Source of the DNA: Candidatus Fraserbacteria bacterium
Lineage (GTDB): Bacteria; Bipolaricaulota; Bipolaricaulia; RBG-16-55-9; DRXL01
DNA length: 64,000 bases
Direction: 5' to 3'
Assembly: GCA_947085185.1 (NCBI GenBank)
Contig: CAMTVK010000002.1
Location: 160,001-224,000 of the forward strand
Every line of letters starts with the position of its first letter. The stretch's first letter is position 1. Position numbers and translations under genes: made by a program. A model generated the notes under the pieces. The model worked only from the letters and a program-made list of their open reading frames with translations, was not told the DNA's origin and made no database searches. Shown here piece by piece: positions 51,898 through 60,416 of the stretch.

Positions 51898-53538
51898 CAA
51901 GACTGGAAGTGGCTCAAAACTCAACAAGAAGGACAGTTCTTTGAGCGCAAGTCTTGCTATGACCGCTCCGGCGCACGACCCAAACTACGCCCCGCCCGTG
52001 AGGTAGCTCACGATATTGCTGAGACTTTGGCAGCGATGGCGAACGCCGACGGGGGCGCCCTTGTGTTGGGCATTGAAGACGATGGCACACCGACGGGAAT
52101 GAGCTATCCCCCTGATCGTTTAGATGTTATCTTAAGAGCTCCTGAGCGCTTAGTCCAGCCGCCGCTCAGAGCGCATCACCAGTGGATAGAACTCGATGGG
52201 GTCAGAGTCCTCCTCTTCGAGGTGGATTGGAGCCCGGAGGTTCACCAACTGAGCGATGGCCGGTATCTCCTGCGCGTGGGGGCCAAGAACTTGCCATTTC
52301 CGGCTTCGGATATTGCAGGAATGAAAGAGGGCAAACGCCGCCGGGTTACTGAATCCCGGCTCATTACCGAAGCTTCTCTACAGGATTTGGATCCGGCGCT
52401 CTTTGACGAACTCCGACAGAAAACGGGACTGAGTCTTTCGAATCAAGAGCTCCTTCAGCATTACCGTTTGGCGGAAGCGCGGAATGGGAGGCTTGTGCTC
52501 TCCCTGGCCGGGTTACTCCTCTTTGCCAAAGATCCCCTCCGCTGGCACCCGGCGTGCTTCGTGGACTTCGTCAAATGGGAAGGGACTGAGCGGCGGTTTG
52601 GCACCGCCCTCAATGTGGTGAAGCGCGCCCGAATGGAGGCGCCTTTGCCCAAGCTCATCGCACAGACATTTGCCACCATCCGGCCTTACATCCGGGAGCG
52701 TCAGCAGCTCGTTGATTTATTCTTCGAGGAACGATTTGAGTATCCCACTTTCTCCTGGCAAGAAGCGATCATTAATGCGGTGGCTCATCGAGACTATGCT
52801 CTGGAAGGAACGCCAATAGAAGTCTGGATGTTCGATGACCGCCTGGAGGTGCGCAGCCCTGGAGAACTCGTCGAGCCGGTAACGCTTGAACGCCTTACTC
52901 GCCGCGAGCGCGTCCACGCCTCACGCAACCCAAGGATTGTGCGGGTATTAACCGACTGGGGATACATGCGGGAACTGGGGGAAGGAGTCCCCCGCATGTT
53001 CGAAGTTATGGAGCGCGAAGGATTAAAGCCTCCGGAGTTCCAGATGGAGGCGGGCGCGATCTTCACCGTGATTCTGCGCAACACGCCTGTCTTTTCCGCG
53101 GAGACCATGCGCTGGCTTGAGCAATTCACGGGGCAGGACCTCACCGCAAATCAGAAGCGTCTCCTGGCCTATGCTCACGCGCACGGCGGCCGATTTACCA
53201 GCCGGGCTTATCAAAAATTGGTCGGAGTAGACCTGTATACGGCTTCGAAAGACATTAAGGATCTGATTCGTAAGCGCATCGTTATATTGCCTCGCAAGGG
53301 GGGGCGGGTATATGAGCTTGTGTCCACCCCTATGCAAGTCACCGCCGAAAAACCACCAGAGTATGCTGCTTTAGAACCGATTCTGGCAAAGAAAGGATAC
53401 GTCAAAAACCAGGATATTCGTGAGGCGCTGGGGGTCACCCTTGCCCGGGCAAGACGCATTGCCCACGAGTTAGTCTCGCTGGGCTGGCTACGGCCAGAGG
53501 GCGAAAAGCGGGGCAGGCGGTATGTTCCGTCCCGTTAA
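51895..53538 (+). CDS. Schlafen/AlbA_2 + GHKL-like (RecG_C type) + wHTH protein
   Basis: EGQFFERKS, AMANADGG..GIEDDG, EAIINAVAHRDY, DRLEVRSPG, SRNPRI, ELGEG, C-terminal HTHs. Confidence 0.85.
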   Translation: MQDWKWLKTQQEGQFFERKSCYDRSGARPKLRPAREVAHDIAETLAAMANADGGALVLGIEDDGTPTGMSYPPDRLDVILRAPERLVQPPLRAHHQWIELDGVRVLLFEVDWSPEVHQLSDGRYLLRVGAKNLPFPASDIAGMKEGKRRRVTESRLITEASLQDLDPALFDELRQKTGLSLSNQELLQHYRLAEARNGRLVLSLAGLLLFAKDPLRWHPACFVDFVKWEGTERRFGTALNVVKRARMEAPLPKLIAQTFATIRPYIRERQQLVDLFFEERFEYPTFSWQEAIINAVAHRDYALEGTPIEVWMFDDRLEVRSPGELVEPVTLERLTRRERVHASRNPRIVRVLTDWGYMRELGEGVPRMFEVMEREGLKPPEFQMEAGAIFTVILRNTPVFSAETMRWLEQFTGQDLTANQKRLLAYAHAHGGRFTSRAYQKLVGVDLYTASKDIKDLIRKRIVILPRKGGRVYELVSTPMQVTAEKPPEYAALEPILAKKGYVKNQDIREALGVTLARARRIAHELVSLGWLRPEGEKRGRRYVPSR

Positions 53539-53730
53539 GTTATTGAACAGCCTCATCTCCATATTGAACATCGTCATTTTGTCTTGGTCATTATGAGGAT
53601 GTTCAATAACAATGCTCGTTAACGGCTCTGTCTAGCCGGCTAGACGTCTAGCCGCTAGACAAGATGTTCAATAACAATGCTCGTTAACGGCAGCGTCCAG
53701 CCAGCTGGACACCGACGGCTGGACGACAAC
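53539..53730. repeat. Cluster of inverted and direct repeats
   Basis: 17/18-bp inverted repeat 53539-53556/53593-53610; 29-bp direct repeat 53598-53626/53663-53691; GTCTAGC/GCTAGAC and GTCCAGC/GCTGGAC hairpins. Confidence 0.8.
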
Positions 53731-53761
53731 GGCCCGAGCGACTCCAGGAGGCGGTGGTGGC

Positions 53762-53803
53762 GCTGGTGCGGGCGCGGCTGGAGAAGGCGAGGAGCGTGTA
53801 ACG

Positions 53804-53806
<3 letters not shown>
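53762..53806 (+). repeat. 45-bp direct repeat, copy 2
   Basis: Identical to 51853-51897. Confidence 0.92.
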
Positions 53807-54430
<624 letters not shown>

Positions 54431-54438
54431 ATGGTCAA

Positions 54439-54465
54439 GTAGGGGCACGTCGCAACGTGCCCCTA
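54439..54465. repeat. REP palindrome downstream of RAYT
   Basis: GTAGGGGCACGTCGCAACGTGCCCCTA, one internal mismatch to the consensus. Confidence 0.88.
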
Positions 54466-54591
54466 GCCAGGCCAGGAGCGTGTGATAAACTGAGCAAGCT
54501 GAGGTGATTTGCCATGACCAGCATGCGGCGAGACGGTCTTCGACGCGCTTTGGGCCTGACGGCGGGCGCTTCCTGCGTGCTTTGCGTCATA

Positions 54592-55380
54592 TCAGCCCAG
54601 AGCCACATCTAAATAGAGCATGACGGCGGCGCCGAGCATCAAGCCCAAAGTGGCCGGGCGCTCGTGGTTGCGGCGATGCGTCTCCGGGATGATCTCATCG
54701 CTGATGACGTAGAGCATCGCCCCAGCGGCGAACCCCATCGCATAAGGTAAAAGGAACTGAGCCGTATGAACCGCCCACGCACCAAAGAGGGCCAGCGGCA
54801 CCTCGACGAGTCCGGCCCGAACGCCCACGAAGCTCGCGTAAAAATAAGCTCCCAGCCCGATGTTGAGCGCGGATACTGCGACAGCTAAGCCCTCGGGAAT
54901 GTTTTGCATGCCGATGGCCAGCATGAGCTTCAAGGCATTTGAAAGATCTCCGGAGCCGAAACCCACCCCAACGGCCAAACCTTCTGGCATATTATGGAGC
55001 GTTATAGCAAAAATGAAGAGCCACACGGCCTTAATGCGGGCGGTATATCGTCCCTCACGTCCCATGACCGCGTGCAGATGCGGCACCACGTGATCGCCCA
55101 GATCGAGGACGAGCACCCCCAGGGCGATGCCGATGAGTACGGGGAAGATCCCGCCGTATTCGATTCCCGGCAAAATGAGGCTGGTGAAGCTGGCGGTGAG
55201 CATAACGCCGGCCGCAAAGCCGAGCGCTGCGTCTAAAAACCTTTCAGAAGGTCTGCGCCACACCAGCACGAGAAGCGCGCCGAGGGCGTTGAGCAGCGCG
55301 ATCACGATGCCCCCCATTAACCCTTGCAGGATCGGGTTGGGTCCCGCGATCGCAATGAACATCGTCTCTATCAGATTCAT
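54592..55380 (-). CDS. ZIP family metal transporter (ZupT/GufA-like)
   Basis: GFAAGVML, HNMPEGLAVG, QNIPEG, DEIIPE. Confidence 0.93.
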   Translation of the reverse strand: MNLIETMFIAIAGPNPILQGLMGGIVIALLNALGALLVLVWRRPSERFLDAALGFAAGVMLTASFTSLILPGIEYGGIFPVLIGIALGVLVLDLGDHVVPHLHAVMGREGRYTARIKAVWLFIFAITLHNMPEGLAVGVGFGSGDLSNALKLMLAIGMQNIPEGLAVAVSALNIGLGAYFYASFVGVRAGLVEVPLALFGAWAVHTAQFLLPYAMGFAAGAMLYVISDEIIPETHRRNHERPATLGLMLGAAVMLYLDVALG

Positions 55381-55468
55381 TGGCTACCTCCAATTTTATT
55401 GCTCATAGCTAACTTTCAAGGGAGTATAGCAGACGAATAAGAGCCTGTCAAGGTTTTCTACAGAGCTA

Positions 55469-56422
55469 TTAAAATCCCAAGATAGACTCCGGACGCAGAT
55501 AGTGACACGTGTAGCCGTTTGGGTGCTTTTGGAGATAATCTTGGTGCTCTTCTTCAGCGCGCCAGAACGGGCCGGCCCGCTCCACTTGGGTGACGACCGG
55601 CCCACCCCAGTGGCTGTGTCTGTTGAGACGCTCTATGAAGTCGAGCGCCATCTGGCGCTGCTGTTCTGTGTGATAGAAGATCGCCGAACGGTACGATTCC
55701 CCGATATCGTTGCCCTGACGGTTGGGCGTCGTGGGATCGTGCATGCGGAAGAAATAGCGCAAGAGCTGCTCGAACGGAAGCTGCTCTGTGTTATAAATCA
55801 CTTTGACGGCCTCGGCATGGCCGGGATGATGACGATACGTGGCATTGGGGACTGTGCCGCCGGTGTAGCCGACCTCCGTGTAGACGACCCCGGGGATCTC
55901 TCTCAGGATCTCTTGCATGCCCCAGAAGCATCCCCCGGCTAGATAAATCACTTCACGCTGAGGGACAAGCCCCGCTAAGATAAACGGCTCCAGATACCGA
56001 GCGTAGCCCTGAGCTTCCATCTGAGCGACTGGCACAAAGCGCAACGCCGCAGAGTTGATACAATAGCGCTTATAGGTGGGCGGCGGACCGTCGTCGAAGA
56101 CGTGCCCCAAGTGCGAGTCGCCATGTCTGGAGCGCACTTCGGTGCGCACCATGCCGTAGGAATAATCGGGCTTTTCTATGATATTATGGGGCTCGATGGG
56201 CTTGGTGAAGCTCGGCCAGCCCGTGCCCGAATCGAACTTATCAAAAGACGAGAACAGCGGCTCACCGCTTACAATATCGACATAGATGCCCGGCTCGCGG
56301 TGATCCCAATAGGCGTTCTGAAACGGGGGTTCTGTGCCGCAGTTGCAGACGACCTCAAATTGTTCAGGGGTTAGACGCTTCTTCAGTTCTTCACGCGACG
56401 GCTTGTGATCCACAAAGACCAC
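55469..56422 (-). CDS. msrAB: Bifunctional methionine sulfoxide reductase, MsrB-MsrA fusion
   Basis: MsrB: GTEPPF, GWPSF, HLGHVF, RYCINS; Msr[26 protein letters not shown]. Confidence 0.93.
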   Translation of the reverse strand: MVFVDHKPSREELKKRLTPEQFEVVCNCGTEPPFQNAYWDHREPGIYVDIVSGEPLFSSFDKFDSGTGWPSFTKPIEPHNIIEKPDYSYGMVRTEVRSRHGDSHLGHVFDDGPPPTYKRYCINSAALRFVPVAQMEAQGYARYLEPFILAGLVPQREVIYLAGGCFWGMQEILREIPGVVYTEVGYTGGTVPNATYRHHPGHAEAVKVIYNTEQLPFEQLLRYFFRMHDPTTPNRQGNDIGESYRSAIFYHTEQQRQMALDFIERLNRHSHWGGPVVTQVERAGPFWRAEEEHQDYLQKHPNGYTCHYLRPESILGF

Positions 56423-56450
56423 CCTCCTGATCTGTAGTTATTTTACTGTC

Positions 56451-56510
56451 GTAGGGGCACGTTGCAACGTGCCCCTACGATCATCCGTGCCCCACGATCA
56501 TCGTTCAATA
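56451..56510 (-). repeat. REP plus inverted copy of an internal RAYT segment
   Basis: Reverse complement of 54063-54123 with one indel. Confidence 0.9.
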
Positions 56511-56554
56511 GGCAAGCTCTCAAATTTTCAGTATAATCTGCGTGGTGACCGACT

Positions 56555-57529
56555 ATGCGCGTGCTCTCTATTATCGTGCTGATATTGATAGGAGCTCTCG
56601 TGCCCAGCTCTGCTCAGTCTCAGGTGGTTGTGGTCTTGGACTGGTTGCCCAACCCCAATCACGTCCCGATCTATGTCGCTCAAGAAGCGGGATTCTTCAC
56701 AGCCGAAGGAGTGAGCGTCTCCGTGCACGCCCCGACGGCTTTTGATCCCAGCGACCCAGCCAAGCTTGCTGCCTCAGGCCGCGCCGATCTTGCTATCACC
56801 ACACCGATCAATCTTATAATCATACGCTCCCAAGATGTGCCGCTCACTGCTGTGGGCTCGCTCATCCAAAAGCCGTTGGGGGGTCTGTTGGCGCTCAAAG
56901 AGCGGGGGATCACGACTTTAGCCGACTTCCGAGGGCGCAAGATCGGGTACTCTCTTGAGCCAGAAGAGCCCGTGCTGTGGGCAGCGATGCTCGAAACGGC
57001 AGGCCTCAAGCCCGGAGATTACACACTGATCAATGTGGGCTTCGACACCCTGCCGGCGCTCTTGACCGGCCAAGTGGACGCCATCGGCGCGTTCAGGAAC
57101 GTCGAGAAGATTGTAGTCGAGGTTCAGGAGCGCAAAGAAACCGTGTTCTTCCCGTTTGAGGAGCACGGGATTCCCGATCATCCCCAGCTCATTTTTATCG
57201 CGAACGAGAGCGTGGCGCGCCAGAAGTCCGAGCTGCTGAAAAGATTCTTACGGGCGCTCTTACGCGCCGTGGCGCTCACGCTCCAAGAGCCCGACCGCGC
57301 TTTCGCGCTCTTTCTCAAAGCCAATCCCGACCTCCAGAGAGAAGCCGATCTCAACAGAAAATTCTTCGAGGCGACGCGAGCGCTCTTTGCCGGGGCTCCT
57401 TGTCATAATCACTTAGAGAAGTGGGCCAAGCTCCAAGATTTTCTCTTTGAGCGCAGACTCATCGAGCGCAGGAGCGATCTTGCTCGGCTGGTCACGGTCA
57501 GCCTTCTGCCGCCGGAGTGTGGACAATGA
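56555..57529 (+). CDS. ABC transporter substrate-binding protein, NMT1/THI5 (ThiY-like)
   Basis: Signal peptide; LDWLPNPNH, GFFTAEG, DFRGRKIGY, NVGF, GQVDA. Confidence 0.88.
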   Translation: MRVLSIIVLILIGALVPSSAQSQVVVVLDWLPNPNHVPIYVAQEAGFFTAEGVSVSVHAPTAFDPSDPAKLAASGRADLAITTPINLIIIRSQDVPLTAVGSLIQKPLGGLLALKERGITTLADFRGRKIGYSLEPEEPVLWAAMLETAGLKPGDYTLINVGFDTLPALLTGQVDAIGAFRNVEKIVVEVQERKETVFFPFEEHGIPDHPQLIFIANESVARQKSELLKRFLRALLRAVALTLQEPDRAFALFLKANPDLQREADLNRKFFEATRALFAGAPCHNHLEKWAKLQDFLFERRLIERRSDLARLVTVSLLPPECGQ

Positions 57530-58326
57530 TACGAGTCGGGTTCTATCAGTTTTGCCCTATATTGGGCGAGGTGCGCGCCAATCTGCGCAAGATCGCCGAA
57601 GTCCTCGAGAACATCCAAGCTGACATACTTGTCCTGCCGGAGCTATGCACGACGGGATATCTCTTCGCGTCGCAAGACGAAGTTTTTGAGCTTGCCGAGC
57701 CGATCCCCGGCCCGACGACGCTCTTTGTAGAGAGCGTAACACGGCGCAAGCGCTGTTGGCTTGTGCTGGGCATGGCCGAGCGCGATGAACTCTCAAAAGA
57801 GTGCTATAACTCTGCGGTGCTCCTCGGGCCCGACGGCCTGAAGGCCGTCTATCGCAAAGCCCATCTCTTTTTAGAAGAAAAGCTCTATTTCGCGCCCGGC
57901 GATACGCCCTTCCGAGTTTATGATTTAGGCTTTGCCCGTGTGGGAATGCTCGTCTGTTTCGATCATTTCTTTCCGGAGGCCGCGCGCACGTTAGCCCTGC
58001 AGGGGGCGCAGATCATCTGTCATCCCTCGAATTTAGTCTTGCCGGGCAAGGGGCAGCAGATCACGCGGGTGCGGGCTATGGAGAACCGAGTCTTTTGGAT
58101 CTTGGCAAATCGCTATGGGACGGAAGAGCGCGAGGGGAAGAGACTCACGTACACTGGGGCGAGCCAGATCGTTGCGCCCGACGGCGAGATCCTCGCGAAA
58201 GCGCCGCCTGATGGAGAATCGTTGCAGATTCTCGAGATCAGCCCTGCTCACGCTGACGACAAAAAAGTCACAGCGATGAACGATCTCTTTCAAGATAGGA
58301 GGCCAGAGCTCTATAGTCTCACATAA
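57526..58326 (+). CDS. Carbon-nitrogen hydrolase (nitrilase superfamily)
   Basis: LPEL, YRKAHL and CFD (Glu-Lys-Cys triad); RAMEN. Confidence 0.92.
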   Translation: MIRVGFYQFCPILGEVRANLRKIAEVLENIQADILVLPELCTTGYLFASQDEVFELAEPIPGPTTLFVESVTRRKRCWLVLGMAERDELSKECYNSAVLLGPDGLKAVYRKAHLFLEEKLYFAPGDTPFRVYDLGFARVGMLVCFDHFFPEAARTLALQGAQIICHPSNLVLPGKGQQITRVRAMENRVFWILANRYGTEEREGKRLTYTGASQIVAPDGEILAKAPPDGESLQILEISPAHADDKKVTAMNDLFQDRRPELYSLT

Positions 58327-58342
58327 GCGCAGGCAAATAATA

Positions 58343-58633
58343 ATGAGGGGAGCAGCTCTCGGCCTGGCTGGAGGGGCGATTATCCTTGTAGGAGTTTTCG
58401 CGGTTACGGTGAAATGTCTCTCCTTTCATATATCTTCCCCGGCGCGTCCTTGGCCGTGGTACTGCTCTGACCCAGCTTACAGCATCATAGGATATTTGGC
58501 ATTTCCCGTGAATCTGCTGACGAACGATCTCTCCCAAGCGGTTATGAGCGCCCCACTATCGCTGTTGATCTATGCGATCTTCGGGGCACTCATGTATTCG
58601 GTTTTAGCGCGACTTCGGCTTGCATCACCCTGA
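58343..58633 (+). CDS. Small hypothetical membrane protein
   Basis: Hydrophobic ORF filling the gap; no recognised motif. Confidence 0.45.
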   Translation: MRGAALGLAGGAIILVGVFAVTVKCLSFHISSPARPWPWYCSDPAYSIIGYLAFPVNLLTNDLSQAVMSAPLSLLIYAIFGALMYSVLARLRLASP

Positions 58634-58706
58634 CAATAGCGGCGCGCGGGGAGTCTTGTAAGCCCCCCTTGACTTGCCCAAAATGCTCTTGTACACTCTA
58701 AACAAG

Positions 58707-60209
58707 ATGGCTAAAGCGATCGCCCAGGTTCGCTTCCATAACGCGTTCGAGCAGAAGATCTATAGCTTCTTCGAAAAGTTTGCCGAACATATCCAGCTCT
58801 ACGGCGGAGCCGAGTACTTTCTCTTTGGACAGCAGATCGACGCAGCCTTTGATTATGAGCACTATCGTGTTCTCGTCGAGTGCAAGGATAAGGACGCCCC
58901 GGTGATCTCGCTCCTAGAACCCATCAATAAGCTCTCATCGGTCCTTGCCGAAGCCAAGCGCGCCGAGCCCCACAGAACATACTTTGGCGTCATCGTGGTC
59001 AACTTCGAGTGGGCTGCGATCAAGCCCGAAGACGTCCAGAAGGCTAACTCCCAAGGGCTCAAGATCTGGACTGCCGAGCGGGTGCGCTTCTATGACAGAC
59101 TGAGAGATGCGCTCAACCCGGAGCTCGCGCTGCTGTCGCTCTTCAAAGACGAGTTCGGCGTCACTCGCGACACAGGAAGGACTATCTCCGTCCCGGCTAT
59201 CAAGACGACACGTTTTGGCAAAGATCTCTACACGTTCGAGCTGGAAGCCGCGGCGCTCCTGCCCCTGGCGTATGTCTTTCGCTTAACCGACCCGCATACT
59301 GAAGCGTATCAGCGCATGATTGACAAAGATCGTCTCATGGAGATCGCCGCGGAGCTTTCTAAAGGGAAGCTCGAGGTCAACTTCCCCAATAATATCATTG
59401 TCAGTTTTGAGGAGGGCGTGCGCTGGGAGCCCCGCGACGGCAACGTCGGCACGCTGCACATTCCCGAGCGCTACGGGATCGCGTGGGTGATCGACGGCCA
59501 GCATCGGCTCTATAGCTTCTGCAAATTAGAGAACAAAGAGATCGCCGACAATTTTAAGCTCATCGTCACGGCTTTTCAGGGGCTTACGAAGGCCGAGCAA
59601 GCCACGGTCTTCCGCACCGTTAACAACAAACAGAAGAAGATCAACGCGAACTTAGTAGATTTCTTGCTCAGCAAGGAGATCGCGACTGACGACCCACGTT
59701 CGATCGCTGCCCGTGTGATCATTCGCTTCCGCGAGGAGAAATTCTTTGACTACGACGTAGATTGCGGGTTCAACGGCGGGCTCTTAAAGCTATCGAGCTT
59801 GTGTGCGGGGCTGGTCCGTCAGGGCTTGGTCGGGCGCTCCAAGGGCTTACTCCAAAAGACCCCCAAAGACGAGTCCACGCCCTATCACGTGTTGAAACAA
59901 TATCTGTTAGCGGTGAAAGAGACGTTCCCCACCAATTGGAAGAGAGAGAACTCTTTTGTGCAGAGCAATGTGGGCTTGAACGTCTTCTTTGCGCTGCTGA
60001 AGAAGATTATACGCCACATGGGGGTTCCCAAAGAGCGCCTGGACGAGCTGCGCCAGCGGGACTTTGAGAAGTATCTGGAGCCGTTGAAGCTGACAAAGTT
60101 CACCGACGAGCTGAAGAAGTTCGCGGCCACGGAGTCGGGCCGAGCAGCCGTCGTGAAGATGCTCTCCGGCAAGATCGAGCAGAAGTTCAAGGGATTCGGG
60201 GAATTATAA
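58707..60209 (+). CDS. DGQHR domain protein with N-terminal PD-(D/E)xK nuclease-like domain
   Basis: QIDAAF..LVECK; YQR, FPNNII, VIDGQHRL, FRTVNNKQKKI; promoter TTGACT-17-TACACT directly upstream. Confidence 0.85.
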   Translation: MAKAIAQVRFHNAFEQKIYSFFEKFAEHIQLYGGAEYFLFGQQIDAAFDYEHYRVLVECKDKDAPVISLLEPINKLSSVLAEAKRAEPHRTYFGVIVVNFEWAAIKPEDVQKANSQGLKIWTAERVRFYDRLRDALNPELALLSLFKDEFGVTRDTGRTISVPAIKTTRFGKDLYTFELEAAALLPLAYVFRLTDPHTEAYQRMIDKDRLMEIAAELSKGKLEVNFPNNIIVSFEEGVRWEPRDGNVGTLHIPERYGIAWVIDGQHRLYSFCKLENKEIADNFKLIVTAFQGLTKAEQATVFRTVNNKQKKINANLVDFLLSKEIATDDPRSIAARVIIRFREEKFFDYDVDCGFNGGLLKLSSLCAGLVRQGLVGRSKGLLQKTPKDESTPYHVLKQYLLAVKETFPTNWKRENSFVQSNVGLNVFFALLKKIIRHMGVPKERLDELRQRDFEKYLEPLKLTKFTDELKKFAATESGRAAVVKMLSGKIEQKFKGFGEL

Positions 60210-60248
60210 GCCTGCGTTGGCCACGCTAGGAGCGGGAAGTCTCAACTC

Positions 60249-60277
60249 TTGACTTCTCGCTCACTTTGTGTCATAAT
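60249..60277 (+). promoter_or_regulatory. Sigma70-type promoter of the leuS leader
   Basis: TTGACT-17-CATAAT with extended -10 TG. Confidence 0.65.
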
Positions 60278-60283
60278 ACTGCC

Positions 60284-60334
60284 ATGACCCCTATGATCAG
60301 GCGCTCTCTATGGTTCCTGCTGCTCCGTGCCTAA
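60284..60334 (+). CDS. Putative Leu-rich leader peptide MTPMIRRSLWFLLLRA
   Basis: Leaderless uORF with CTA and CTG-CTG-CTC codons; stop codon lies in the loop of a 9-bp hairpin; upstream of leuS. Confidence 0.6.
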   Translation: MTPMIRRSLWFLLLRA

Positions 60335-60416
60335 GGGCACGGAGACCCTCGAGATTTGCTTCCTTAAGTAGTGCTGCAGCGACATACTCCCAGCTCTCTC
60401 AAAAGCGAGGTGCACT

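Noticed and set aside
53598..53730. CRISPR array (29-bp repeat, 36-bp spacer)
   Set aside because: Only two repeats, the spacers are palindromic and related to each other, and there are no cas genes in the window; reported as a repeat cluster instead
58626..58650. attC-like start after the small membrane ORF
   Set aside because: CCCTGAC does not fit RYYYAAC and no complementary arm was found
60278..60416. T-box leader for leuS
   Set aside because: No GGTGGNACCGCG T-box motif, the leader is too short, and there is no terminator
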